DNA of 32,000 bases. Origin: Corynebacterium glutamicum ATCC 13032. Lineage in GTDB: Bacteria > Actinomycetota > Actinomycetes > Mycobacteriales > Mycobacteriaceae. How positions within the stretch are numbered: the first letter of the stretch is position 1; every line of letters begins with the position of its first letter. The DNA lies in assembly GCF_000011325.1 (NCBI RefSeq), contig NC_003450.3, positions 420,001 to 452,000 of the forward strand, given 5' to 3'. The notes beneath the pieces are model-generated. The model saw only the letters and a list, made by a program, of their open reading frames with translations. It did not search any database and was not told where the DNA came from. This document shows positions 16,977-26,537 of the stretch, piece by piece. Position numbers and translations under genes: made by a program.

Positions 16977-18044
16977 TTATTGTTTTCTCCATCGGCGGCG
17001 TAGTCTCCAGCCGGCGACACTGAATGCGGCGGTGACCAGGGCGGGGATTCCGTATTCGCGGGTGGCTTTGCGGATGCTTCGGAAATCGCGGACGTCCCAG
17101 CCTCGGGTTTCGGCTTCTTTGCGGAGTTTGGAGTCGGGGTTTACTGCGACGGCGGTGCCGACCATGGAGAGCATGGGGAGGTCGTTGATGGAGTCGGAGT
17201 AGGCGGTGCATCGGGTGAGGTCGAGTTGTTCGATGGATGCGAGTGCTGCGACTGCGTGTCTTTTGCCGGGTCCGTGGAGGATGTCGCCGACGAGTCGGCC
17301 GGTGAATACTCCATCTTTTGCTTCTGCGACTGTGCCGATCGCTCCGGTGAAGCCGAGGCGTTGTGCCAGGATTTGGGCGAGTTGGACGGGGGTTGCGGAG
17401 ACGAGCCAGACTTGGTGGCCGGCGGCGATGTGCATGTCGGCGAGTTGTTTGGTGCCGGGCCACATTTTGTCGGCCATGCGTTGGTCGACGATTTCTTCGC
17501 AGAGGTCAACTAGTTCTTGGACGGGGCGGCCTTTGATGAATTCGAGGGCTTGTTCGCGGCCGCGGGAGACGTCTTCGGCGTTTTCGGAGCCGGTGAGTTT
17601 GAATTTCACTTGTTTCCACACCACGGGGAGGATTTCTTTGATGGTGAAGAATTTCTTCCGGAAGAGTCCTTGGGCGAAAACGATGAGGGAGGAGCCTTGG
17701 ATGAGGGTGTTGTCGACGTCGAAAAATGCTGCGGCTCCGACATCTTGGGGGACATCGGGATCGGGGATGCTGACGTGGATGGCGCCGGCAGATTCGATGG
17801 CGCCGGCGACGGCGTCGACACCTGCGTTGAATTCGTTGAGCTCCATGCCGTAGATCGCTGCGACGGCTTGGGTTGCTGCGGCTTCACCTGCTTGGCGCTG
17901 GGCGGCATCGTTTATGGGGGCGGCTGCGTGGTCTTCGAAAAAGCGTCGTAGATTTCCGCGGGATGCGCTCCAGCTGGCGAGGAAATCCTCTGGGGTGCCG
18001 ATGGCGGCGTAGTCCCAGTTGTGGTTTCTTCCTTCAGAGCTCAT
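16977..18044 (-). CDS. HAD-superfamily subfamily IB hydrolase (SerB-like phosphatase family)
   Basis: DxDxT motif FFDVDNTL, downstream SATP and DSINDLPML motifs, and a C-terminal hydrophobic tail. It is the positional counterpart of mycobacterial Rv0505c. Confidence 0.8.
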   Translation of the reverse strand: MSSEGRNHNWDYAAIGTPEDFLASWSASRGNLRRFFEDHAAAPINDAAQRQAGEAAATQAVAAIYGMELNEFNAGVDAVAGAIESAGAIHVSIPDPDVPQDVGAAAFFDVDNTLIQGSSLIVFAQGLFRKKFFTIKEILPVVWKQVKFKLTGSENAEDVSRGREQALEFIKGRPVQELVDLCEEIVDQRMADKMWPGTKQLADMHIAAGHQVWLVSATPVQLAQILAQRLGFTGAIGTVAEAKDGVFTGRLVGDILHGPGKRHAVAALASIEQLDLTRCTAYSDSINDLPMLSMVGTAVAVNPDSKLRKEAETRGWDVRDFRSIRKATREYGIPALVTAAFSVAGWRLRRRWRKQ

Positions 18045-18190
18045 GAGACAAACAAAAACCTTCCTGGTTCATGAGCGCACAGACGCCAAACCGATAATGG
18101 ATATCTCCATTGAGTATCGTATCCATGGTAAAGCTTTCGGGGCGGATACGCTCGCGAAGGGTAGTGAAATGTGAGGGAGTGGGCGCAACC

Positions 18191-18427
18191 ATGGGCCATT
18201 CGGTGGAGATCATTGTTCGGGACAATTGTGGCTCGTGTGTTCGGGTGAAAGCCCAGATTTTGCCGATTGTTGAGGCTGCCGGAATTAAACTCACTGAGCG
18301 AAATGTTGATCAAGATGCGAGCCTTAAACTGGAATTCGGTGATCGCGTGCCAGTCATTTTGGTAGATGATGAAGAGTTCGCATGTTGGGAAGTGGATAAC
18401 GACGAGTTAGCCAATGCTTTGTTGTGA
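18191..18427 (+). CDS. Glutaredoxin-like small thiol-disulfide protein (DUF836 type)
   Basis: 78 aa from the ATG at 18191 with a CGSC active-site motif and a thioredoxin-fold-like layout. It lies directly upstream of hemA, as Rv0508 does in mycobacteria. Confidence 0.7.
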   Translation: MGHSVEIIVRDNCGSCVRVKAQILPIVEAAGIKLTERNVDQDASLKLEFGDRVPVILVDDEEFACWEVDNDELANALL

Positions 18428-18512
18428 TGTCCGCGAATGAAAGCTACCGTATTTTAATCAACTAGGATTCATTCTTTTGGTGGATCAAAGGCTCCGTTGA
18501 AAGTCGGGTGGA

Positions 18513-19907
18513 ATGGTGAGTGTACTCATCGTAGGGATGTCGCACAGGTCTGCGCCTGTGTCGCTTCTTGAACGTCTGAGCATGGATGATTCAGTACGTG
18601 GTGAAACAACTCAAGCACTCCTGGGTAGGGCGTCTTTAAGCGAGGCCCTCATTGTCTCTACGTGTAACCGCCTGGAGGTCTACACCGTCACTAGCAGTTT
18701 CCATACTGGTGTTAATGATGTGGTGGAGGTTCTCCATGAGGCAAGTGGCGTAGATATTGAAACTTTGCGCGGATATCTTTATGTCCGTTACGCCGATGCT
18801 GCTGCTGAACACATGTTGGTGGTGACTTCCGGGTTGGATTCCATGGTGTTGGGTGAGCAGCAGATCATTGGTCAGGTGCGCACTGCGTACCAAGCAGCTA
18901 ATGAATATGGTTCTGTCGGTCCTGCTTTGCATTCACTTACCCAGACCGCGCTGCATACCGGCAAGCGCGTGCATTCGGAGACTGCTATTGATGATGCTGG
19001 TGCATCGATGGTGTCTTTCGCTGTGGATCGCGCGTTGGTGCAGATGGGTCTTGATTCGGAGGCAGAAGCCCCACTATCTGGCAAGACAGCCTTGGTGTTG
19101 GGCGCTGGCGCGATGAGTTCTCTTGCAGCCACTCACCTTGGTCGCGCTGGAATTTCCAACTTGATCATGGCCAACCGCACTCTGGAACGTGCCGAAAGGC
19201 TTGCGGAGCATTCCCTAGAAGCCGGAGTTCCTGCAGAGGTTGTGGAATACGATCAGCGAGCTTCCGCCTACAATCGCGTTGACCTGGTAGTTTCCGCCAC
19301 GGGAGCGGATGATTTCACCGTGAAGCCTGAGGATATTCCAGAAGGTGCTTCGTTGATGTTGGTGGATTTGTCCATGCCACGAGACATCGATGATGCTTGT
19401 GCGGATCTGCCGGGCGTTGATTTGGTGAACATCGAACGCCTGCACAAGGCCTCCCGTGAGGGTGGATCGGGCATGGCGCCAAGCGAGGAAGAAGCTTTGG
19501 CGATTGTTCGGGAAGAGTTGGATTCTTTCACCTCTGAGCAGCGCATTCGCGATATCGTTCCAGCTGTGTCCGCGTTGCGCAGGCAGGCCGCGTCGGTGGG
19601 AAGCGATGAATTGGATCGACTCCGCCAACGTGCCCCCGGGATTTCCGAGGTGGAATGGGGGGAAGTGGAGAAAACAGTGAGACGGGTCGTCGATAAGCTT
19701 CTTCATGAACCCACTGTGCGCGTCAAGGAACTGGCGGCCCGGTCCGGCAGCATCTCTTATGATTCAGCTCTGCAAGAGCTGTTCGGTTTGGAGTCGCTGG
19801 CGAGCACCGCAGCACCGGCAACCACGTCCGTCAACGCGTCAGAACTGCCGGATGCGGGTATCGTCGCATTCGTGAACGCACCTTCTGCCACACAAACGAG
19901 GGAGTAA
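18513..19907 (+). CDS. hemA: Glutamyl-tRNA reductase
   Basis: [10 protein letters not shown] catalytic Cys motif, the NADPH-binding GAGAMS segment, and full-length HemA architecture. Confidence 0.95.
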
Positions 19908-19908
19908 C

Positions 19909-20817
19909 ATGACCTTAAAAATTGGTACCCGAGGATCCAAACTTGCCACCACCCAAGCTGGCACCATCCGCGACCAGCTGAAACACTACGGACGCGACGC
20001 TGAACTGCACATCGTGACCACCCCTGGTGATGTCAACATGTCCCCAGTCGAGCGTATCGGCGTCGGCGTGTTCACCCAGGCGCTGCGCGATGTGTTGCAT
20101 TCCGGTGAATGCGATGTGGCTGTGCACTCCATGAAGGATCTGCCGACCGCCACCGATCCTCGATTCCACCTGGTCGTGCCAACTCGTGCGGACTCGCGCG
20201 AGGCCCTTATCGCCCGCGACGGCCTGACTCTGGCTGAGCTTCCAGAAGGCGCAAAGGTGGGAACTTCCGCTCCTCGACGCATCTCCCAGCTCAAGGCAAT
20301 CCGCCCTGACCTGGAGATTCTCCCACTGCGCGGAAACATTGACACCCGCATGGGCAAGGTCACCTCCGGTGAACTCGATGCTGTGATGCTCGCCTACGCA
20401 GGCCTCACCCGCGTCGGCATGCAGGACCGCGCAACGGAAGTTTTCGACGCCGACATCATCATGCCCGCCCCCGCACAGGGCGCACTTGCGATCGAATGCC
20501 GCGCCGACGACACTGAAACCGTCCGCGCGCTCAACATGCTGATGCACGCCGACACGTTTGTTTCCGCGGTTGCAGAACGCACCGTGCTCAACCGCCTCGA
20601 AGCTGGCTGTACCGCGCCTGTCGCAGCGCACGCCACCTTGGACGGCTACTCCGGCGACACCATGACTCTCACCGCCGGCGTCTACGCACTTGACGGCTCT
20701 GACCAGCTGGTATTCTCCGCCGAAGGTGACGGCGCCCGCCCAGAAGAGCTCGGCGAGCTCGTTGCACAACAGCTTATCGACGCCGGAGCCGCCAATTTGC
20801 TCGGCGACCGCAGCTAA
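19909..20817 (+). CDS. hemC: Porphobilinogen deaminase (hydroxymethylbilane synthase)
   Basis: [20 protein letters not shown] and QGALAIECR motifs. It starts 1 nt after the hemA stop. Confidence 0.95.
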
Positions 20818-20865
20818 TTAGGGCCCGAAATTTCCATATTGAGGGCGTAGCGAAAGAATGTGCGA

Positions 20866-21118
20866 ATATCCACCACAAATGGCTGATTAGGGGGCGGTTT
20901 GTGGTGGATTTTTGCAACTTCCACGGCCTGTGGTGCAAAAATCTGTTCGATTTTAAGGTCTGGCCACAGGATTGTGGTGAATCCTTGATCAGGGAACCTG
21001 CAGGAATCACACCTGTCTCATTCGCAACAAACCGTAGGTGCCTCAGAATCGTTTTTAAGGCCATAAACGGGCCTCATCCATATGTGGACCTATTTTGGGG
21101 ATGTTGACCCCTTAAAGT
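20866..21118 (+). repeat. Diverged repeat unit A3 (same head and tail architecture as A1/A2)
   Basis: Shares with A1/A2 the ATCCACCACAAA...TTTGTGGTGGATTTTTGC head, GGTGAATCCTTG, CAGGAATCACAC, CCTCAGAATCG and a GACCCCTTAAA terminus, in the same order and orientation. Overall similarity is only moderate. Confidence 0.6.
20868..20913 (+). terminator. Rho-independent terminator of hemC, embedded in repeat A3
   Basis: ATCCACCACAAA (20868-20879) pairs perfectly with TTTGTGGTGGAT (20898-20909) and is followed by a T-run. It lies about 50 nt after the hemC stop. Confidence 0.65.
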
Positions 21119-21219
21119 GAATTGTTTGGGAATACTTATGTGACTCGCAGGTATTTGGGGGCGTTACATGCCACAATTGGTGGGGTCGTTTAACCGCCGC
21201 ACAGTCGGCAGAAAAGAGC

Positions 21220-21594
21220 TTGATCGTTGTGGCTGAGTTGAGAATCAATAATCGTATCGTGACTGTTCATTTGTCATGGTGGGAGAAGTTGAGTGCTAGG
21301 CGTAGCCATTTGAGGATTCCTCGGAAAGCAATCCGGAACATTCAGGTTGTAGACAATGTCATCAGTTCAGTTGACCGTCCCATTAAGCGCACTGGTCGTT
21401 TGCGTATTCCGGGGGTCTTTGTGGCTGGCACTCATGCGTATGTCAATGAAACTCTTTCGGAAAATGAGTTCAGCATGTGCCGAAAGAATGAACCTGGTTT
21501 GGTCATTGAGCTGGAGAACATCAGCATCGATCGCATTGTCATTTCCACACCAGATGCCCACCGCTATGCGGATGAGCTCATGGCGGCTGTTTAG
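21220..21594 (+). CDS. Hypothetical protein (124 aa), no confident family assignment
   Basis: ORF with a TTG start, lower GC than its neighbours, ending 3 nt from the stop of convergent qsuR. Coding status and start are uncertain. Confidence 0.4.
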   Translation: MIVVAELRINNRIVTVHLSWWEKLSARRSHLRIPRKAIRNIQVVDNVISSVDRPIKRTGRLRIPGVFVAGTHAYVNETLSENEFSMCRKNEPGLVIELENISIDRIVISTPDAHRYADELMAAV

Positions 21595-21597
21595 AAC

Positions 21598-22482
21598 TCA
21601 GTTTCCGTCAATAAATTTCTGGATCAGGGCCTTCACCGCGGGGGTGGGTTGGGGGTTCCAGGTGATCCAGGTGCGAACAACAAGGTCATTTCCGGAGGCG
21701 TCTTCGCCTTCGATGGGGACCCATTGCCAGCTGGGGAAGTTGGTGCGGGCGGATTCCTCTGTTGTGAGTGCGACATCGGCCTGGACAAGGTCTGCGATCA
21801 GTGAGCTATATTGCCCAAATTTTCGGAAGATCCACGTGGCATTAACTCCTGCGGCGAGCATGGCGTTTTTGAGGATTTCTTCCTGAATTCTTACTTCACC
21901 GCGGGAGTGTGCGAGGACTCGAAGCCCTTCAAGATCGAAGAGTGTGGCGTTGTCTTTTCCTGCGACTTTTTGGTGCAGTTCGGAGTTTTTTCGGACGACG
22001 ATTCCCAGTTCTTGTTCGTGGACAAGTGTGGTGGCAAAGGCCTCGCTTTGGCGTCGACAAAGGGCGATGTCGAGTTCGCGTTGTTTAAGAAGTTTTAGCT
22101 GATCATCGGTGGGGGATTCGATCAGTGAAATGCGGGTCTCGGGGCCTAAATCGATGAGTTGGCAGCGCAACCAGTCGATGGGGATTCCAGGGGGAACTCC
22201 GATGTTGATGCTGGTGATGAGGTGCTCACCGGATTGGATTTCATCGACTACCGATTGCATCCTGCTAAGCGTTCGGAGGGCTTCTTCGTGGAGGATTTCT
22301 CCGGCCTTTGTGAGGGAGACACCGCGGGAATGGCGTTCGAAGAGTGGAGCTCCGACGGATTTTTCAAGTGCGGAGATCTGTCGGCTGAGAGCGGGTTGGG
22401 AAATGAGGAGTTCTTCGGCGGCGCGGTTGATCTGTCCGTGTTGGGCTACTGCGATGAAAAATTCGAGCTGATTGAGGTGCAT
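21598..22482 (-). CDS. qsuR: LysR-type transcriptional regulator of the quinate/shikimate utilisation genes
   Basis: N-terminal LysR HTH (LNQLEFFIAVAQHGQINRAAEELLISQPALSRQISALE) plus a substrate-binding domain. It is divergent from the qsuABCD cluster. Confidence 0.85.
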   Translation of the reverse strand: MHLNQLEFFIAVAQHGQINRAAEELLISQPALSRQISALEKSVGAPLFERHSRGVSLTKAGEILHEEALRTLSRMQSVVDEIQSGEHLITSINIGVPPGIPIDWLRCQLIDLGPETRISLIESPTDDQLKLLKQRELDIALCRRQSEAFATTLVHEQELGIVVRKNSELHQKVAGKDNATLFDLEGLRVLAHSRGEVRIQEEILKNAMLAAGVNATWIFRKFGQYSSLIADLVQADVALTTEESARTNFPSWQWVPIEGEDASGNDLVVRTWITWNPQPTPAVKALIQKFIDGN

Positions 22483-22757
22483 GTGTGCTAAACCTTTCGG
22501 CCGGTATGCAAGAGATGGATATCACGGTTAATGTTTATGCATTTGTACTATAGATCACAATTGCTTAGAGTTCAGGGAAAGGGTCATACATCCACCCCTT
22601 CTGAGAAGTTAAAAGTAGGGACGCCAACACAATTGGCAGAATTTAGAACTTCAATGCATTACCCACAATTTCAATCGGTTTATACAACCAGCCTCTAACT
22701 GGCAACAGGACTGCAGACAGAAACTGTTGCTGGAACCTTCGATGAACAGGATCGACA
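22483..22757. promoter_or_regulatory. Divergent qsuR / qsuA control region
   Basis: 275-bp AT-richer intergenic region between a LysR regulator and its presumed target operon. It contains the TGT-N10-ACA imperfect palindrome TGTACTATAGATCACA around 22541-22556 and direct TATGCA repeats. No site has been validated. Confidence 0.5.
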
Positions 22758-24161
22758 ATGAGCGAACAACTTCAGGGTGTAACTCACTCCGAATCAACTC
22801 CGGGCAAGACGCCCAAGCGAGCAGCACTATCCAGCTGGATCGGCTCAGCTCTCGAATACTACGACTTCGCTGTTTACGGAACCGCTGCAGCGCTGGTTCT
22901 TAACCACCTCTTCTTCCCAGCTGATACTTCACCAGGCATCGCAATTTTGGCTGCGATGGGTACCGTGGGTGTTGCTTATGTGGTTCGCCCTCTTGGTGCG
23001 CTGATCATGGGTCCATTAGGTGACCGTTACGGACGTAAATTTGTCCTCATGCTGTGCCTCTTCCTGATTGGAGCATCCACTTTCGCAGTTGGCTGCTTGC
23101 CAACATTTGATCAGGTCGGTTACTTGGCTCCGGCACTGTTGGTGCTGTGCCGTGTGATCCAGGGACTGTCTGCATCCGGTGAGCAGTCCAGTGCGATTTC
23201 CGTTTCTTTGGAGCACGCCGATGAGCGTCACCGCGCATTTACTGCTAGCTGGACTCTTCACGGAACCCAGTTCGGTACCTTGCTGGCAACCGGAGTATTT
23301 ATCCCATTCACCTTGTTCCTGAGTGAAGATGCTCTAATGTCATGGGGTTGGCGCGTTCCGTTCTGGCTGTCCGCTGCTGTTGTTTTGGTTGCTTTCCTCA
23401 TCCGTCGTGGACTGGAAGAGCCACCAGCATTCCGTGAAAACAAGGAAGCAGTTGCAGGCGCAGCATCTCCACTGGCGATGACCTTGCGTTACCACAAGGC
23501 GGCGGTTGCTCGCGTTGCTATTGCTGCGATGATCAACTCCGTGAACATTGTGTTTACTGTGTGGGCACTGTCGTTCGCCACCAACATTGTTGGCCTGGAT
23601 CGTTCAACTGTTTTGCTGGTTCCAGTTGTTGCGAACTTGGTTGCACTGATTGCGATTCCTTTGTCCGGCATGCTGGCTGACCGCATTGGTCGCCGACCAG
23701 TGTTCATCATGGGTGCCATTGGTGGTGGCCTGGCCATGAACGGTTACCTGGGAGCTATCTACTCCGGCAATTGGACCATGATCTTCTTCATGGGCGTGTT
23801 GATGTCTGGTCTGCTGTACTCCATGGGTAATGCCGTGTGGCCAGCGTTCTACGCAGAAATGTTCCCAACCTCTGTGCGTGTCACCGGCTTGGCTCTTGGA
23901 ACTCAGATTGGTTTCGCAGTCTCTGGTGGTTTCGTCCCAGTTATCGCATCCGCGCTTGCTGGTGATCAGGGTGACCAGTGGATGAAGGTGTCCATCTTCG
24001 TTGGTGTTGTTTGTGTGATTTCTGCACTGGTTGCCATGACCGCTAAGGAAACCAAGGCTCTGACTCTGGATGAGATCGATGCTCTGCACACTGCTGGTGG
24101 TGAGGCCGCAGACCTGGCAGCCGCAAGCAAAGCCTCCGAGGCCCAACTCGCGGCTCAGTAA
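22758..24161 (+). CDS. qsuA: MFS metabolite:H+ symporter (quinate/shikimate transporter)
   Basis: 12-TM MFS protein with the GPLGDRYGRKFVL loop motif. It is the first gene of the qsu cluster. Confidence 0.85.
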   Translation: MSEQLQGVTHSESTPGKTPKRAALSSWIGSALEYYDFAVYGTAAALVLNHLFFPADTSPGIAILAAMGTVGVAYVVRPLGALIMGPLGDRYGRKFVLMLCLFLIGASTFAVGCLPTFDQVGYLAPALLVLCRVIQGLSASGEQSSAISVSLEHADERHRAFTASWTLHGTQFGTLLATGVFIPFTLFLSEDALMSWGWRVPFWLSAAVVLVAFLIRRGLEEPPAFRENKEAVAGAASPLAMTLRYHKAAVARVAIAAMINSVNIVFTVWALSFATNIVGLDRSTVLLVPVVANLVALIAIPLSGMLADRIGRRPVFIMGAIGGGLAMNGYLGAIYSGNWTMIFFMGVLMSGLLYSMGNAVWPAFYAEMFPTSVRVTGLALGTQIGFAVSGGFVPVIASALAGDQGDQWMKVSIFVGVVCVISALVAMTAKETKALTLDEIDALHTAGGEAADLAAASKASEAQLAAQ

Positions 24162-24184
24162 AACCAAAAGGAATCTTTGACCAC

Positions 24185-26041
24185 ATGCGTACATCCATTG
24201 CCACTGTTTGTTTGTCCGGAACTCTTGCTGAAAAGCTGCGCGCAGCTGCAGATGCTGGATTTGATGGTGTGGAAATCTTCGAGCAGGACTTGGTGGTTTC
24301 CCCGCATTCGGCAGAGCAGATTCGTCAGCGGGCTCAGGATTTGGGATTAACCCTGGATCTGTTCCAGCCGTTTCGAGATTTCGAAGGTGTGGAAGAAGAG
24401 CAGTTTCTGAAGAATCTGCACCGCTTGGAAGAGAAGTTCAAGCTGATGAACAGGCTTGGCATTGAGATGATCTTGTTGTGTTCCAATGTGGGCACCGCGA
24501 CCATCAATGATGATGACCTTTTCGTGGAGCAGTTGCATCGTGCAGCAGATTTGGCTGAGAAGTACAACGTCAAGATTGCTTATGAAGCGTTGGCGTGGGG
24601 CAAGTTTGTCAATGATTTTGAGCATGCGCATGCACTTGTGGAGAAGGTGAATCACAAGGCGCTGGGAACCTGCTTGGATACGTTCCATATTCTTTCCCGT
24701 GGTTGGGAAACCGACGAGGTGGAGAACATCCCTGCGGAGAAGATCTTCTTTGTTCAGTTAGCGGATGCGCCGAAGCTGAGCATGGACATTTTGTCCTGGT
24801 CGCGTCACCACCGTGTTTTCCCTGGTGAAGGCGATTTCGATCTGGTGAAATTCATGGTTCATCTGGCCAAGACGGGTTATGATGGCCCGATTTCTTTGGA
24901 GATCTTCAACGATTCCTTCCGCAAGGCCGAGGTTGGTCGCACCGCGATTGATGGGTTGCGTTCTTTGCGTTGGTTGGAAGATCAGACCTGGCATGCGCTA
25001 AATGCTGAGGATCGTCCAAGCGCTCTTGAACTGCGTGCACTTCCTGAGGTCGCGGAACCTGAGGGTGTTGATTTCATTGAGATCGCCACTGGACGTTTGG
25101 GTGAGACCATTCGGGTTCTTCATCAATTGGGTTTCCGCTTGGGTGGTCATCACTGCAGTAAGCAGGATTACCAGGTATGGACCCAGGGCGATGTGCGCAT
25201 TGTGGTGTGTGATCGTGGGGTCACCGGGGCTCCAACCACGATCTCTGCGATGGGCTTTGACACCCCCGATCCAGAAGCTGCTCATGCCCGTGCGGAATTG
25301 CTGCGGGCTCAGACAATTGATCGTCCCCACATCGAGGGCGAAGTTGACCTAAAAGGTGTGTACGCACCGGATGGGGTGGAGCTGTTTTTCGCGGGGCCGA
25401 GCCCCGATGGAATGCCCGAGTGGCTGCCGGAATTCGGCGTCGAAAAGCAAGAAGCTGGTCTCATTGAAGCCATCGACCACGTCAATTTCGCCCAGCCGTG
25501 GCAACATTTTGATGAGGCAGTGCTGTTTTACACCGCGCTGATGGCGTTGGAGACTGTGCGTGAGGATGAGTTCCCGAGCCCAATTGGTTTGGTGCGCAAT
25601 CAGGTGATGCGTTCGCCGAATGATGCGGTGCGGTTGCTGCTCAGCGTGGCGCCGGAGGACGGTGAGCAGGGAGATTTCCTCAACGCGGCCTACCCGGAGC
25701 ACATTGCGTTGGCCACGGCGGACATCGTGGCGGTGGCTGAACGTGCGCGCAAACGAGGCCTGGATTTCTTGCCCGTCCCAGAGAATTACTACGACGATGT
25801 GCAGGCGCGTTTTGATTTGCCGCAGGAATTCTTGGACACACTCAAGGAAAACCACCTGCTTTACGACCGCGACGAGAACGGCGAATTCCTCCACTTTTAC
25901 ACCCGCACGTTGGGCACGCTGTTCTTCGAAGTGGTGGAACGCCGCGGCGGTTTTGCAGGTTGGGGCGAAACAAACGCTCCGGTGCGGTTGGCGGCGCAGT
26001 ATCGTGAGGTGCGGGACCTCGAGCGGGGAATCCCAAACTAG
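24185..26041 (+). CDS. qsuB: 3-dehydroshikimate dehydratase (TIM-barrel sugar-phosphate-isomerase-like N-domain fused to a 4-HPPD/VOC-like C-domain)
   Basis: The 618-aa two-domain architecture and the sequence are recognised as QsuB. It sits between qsuA and qsuC. Confidence 0.9.
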   Translation: MRTSIATVCLSGTLAEKLRAAADAGFDGVEIFEQDLVVSPHSAEQIRQRAQDLGLTLDLFQPFRDFEGVEEEQFLKNLHRLEEKFKLMNRLGIEMILLCSNVGTATINDDDLFVEQLHRAADLAEKYNVKIAYEALAWGKFVNDFEHAHALVEKVNHKALGTCLDTFHILSRGWETDEVENIPAEKIFFVQLADAPKLSMDILSWSRHHRVFPGEGDFDLVKFMVHLAKTGYDGPISLEIFNDSFRKAEVGRTAIDGLRSLRWLEDQTWHALNAEDRPSALELRALPEVAEPEGVDFIEIATGRLGETIRVLHQLGFRLGGHHCSKQDYQVWTQGDVRIVVCDRGVTGAPTTISAMGFDTPDPEAAHARAELLRAQTIDRPHIEGEVDLKGVYAPDGVELFFAGPSPDGMPEWLPEFGVEKQEAGLIEAIDHVNFAQPWQHFDEAVLFYTALMALETVREDEFPSPIGLVRNQVMRSPNDAVRLLLSVAPEDGEQGDFLNAAYPEHIALATADIVAVAERARKRGLDFLPVPENYYDDVQARFDLPQEFLDTLKENHLLYDRDENGEFLHFYTRTLGTLFFEVVERRGGFAGWGETNAPVRLAAQYREVRDLERGIPN

Positions 26042-26086
26042 CATCCCGAACTAGCCCCCCAACAACAATTAGAAATGGAACCTAAA

Positions 26087-26524
26087 ATGCCTGGAAAAAT
26101 TCTCCTCCTCAACGGCCCAAACCTGAACATGCTGGGCAAACGCGAGCCTGACATTTACGGACACGACACCTTGGAAGACGTCGTCGCGCTGGCAACCGCT
26201 GAGGCTGCGAAGCACGGCCTTGAGGTTGAGGCGCTGCAGAGCAATCACGAAGGTGAGCTAATCGATGCGCTGCACAACGCTCGCGGCACCCACATCGGTT
26301 GCGTGATTAACCCCGGCGGCCTGACTCACACTTCGGTGGCGCTTTTGGATGCTGTGAAGGCGTCTGAGCTTCCTACCGTTGAGGTGCACATTTCCAATCC
26401 GCATGCCCGTGAAGAGTTCCGCCACCATTCTTACATTTCCCTCGCCGCGGTCTCCGTTATCGCTGGCGCTGGCATCCAGGGTTACCGTTTCGCGGTCGAT
26501 ATCCTGGCAAATCTCAAAAAGTAG
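26087..26524 (+). CDS. qsuC: Type II 3-dehydroquinate dehydratase
   Basis: ILLLNGPNLNMLGKREPDIYG and HISNPHAREEFRHHS motifs. The ATG at 26087 gives the family-typical N-terminus; the track start at 26075 is also possible. Confidence 0.9.
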   Translation: MPGKILLLNGPNLNMLGKREPDIYGHDTLEDVVALATAEAAKHGLEVEALQSNHEGELIDALHNARGTHIGCVINPGGLTHTSVALLDAVKASELPTVEVHISNPHAREEFRHHSYISLAAVSVIAGAGIQGYRFAVDILANLKK

Positions 26525-26537
26525 AAAGCCCAAAAAT

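Noticed and set aside
19915-20769. 284-aa minus-strand ORF antisense to hemC
   Set aside because: hemC on the + strand has unambiguous family motifs. The antisense product has no recognisable features and a skewed Gly/Ala/Val composition.
25349-26044. 231-aa minus-strand ORF inside qsuB, and similar antisense ORFs at 306-1079, 5168-5752, 23604-24194 and 26766-27311
   Set aside because: All overlap confidently assigned genes on the other strand and have no motifs of their own. They are attributed to GC-driven absence of stop codons.
26379-26537. Longer qsuD start at 26379 given by the ORF track
   Set aside because: It would overlap qsuC by about 146 nt in another frame. The ATG at 26538 yields the canonical shikimate/quinate dehydrogenase N-terminus 11 nt after the qsuC stop.
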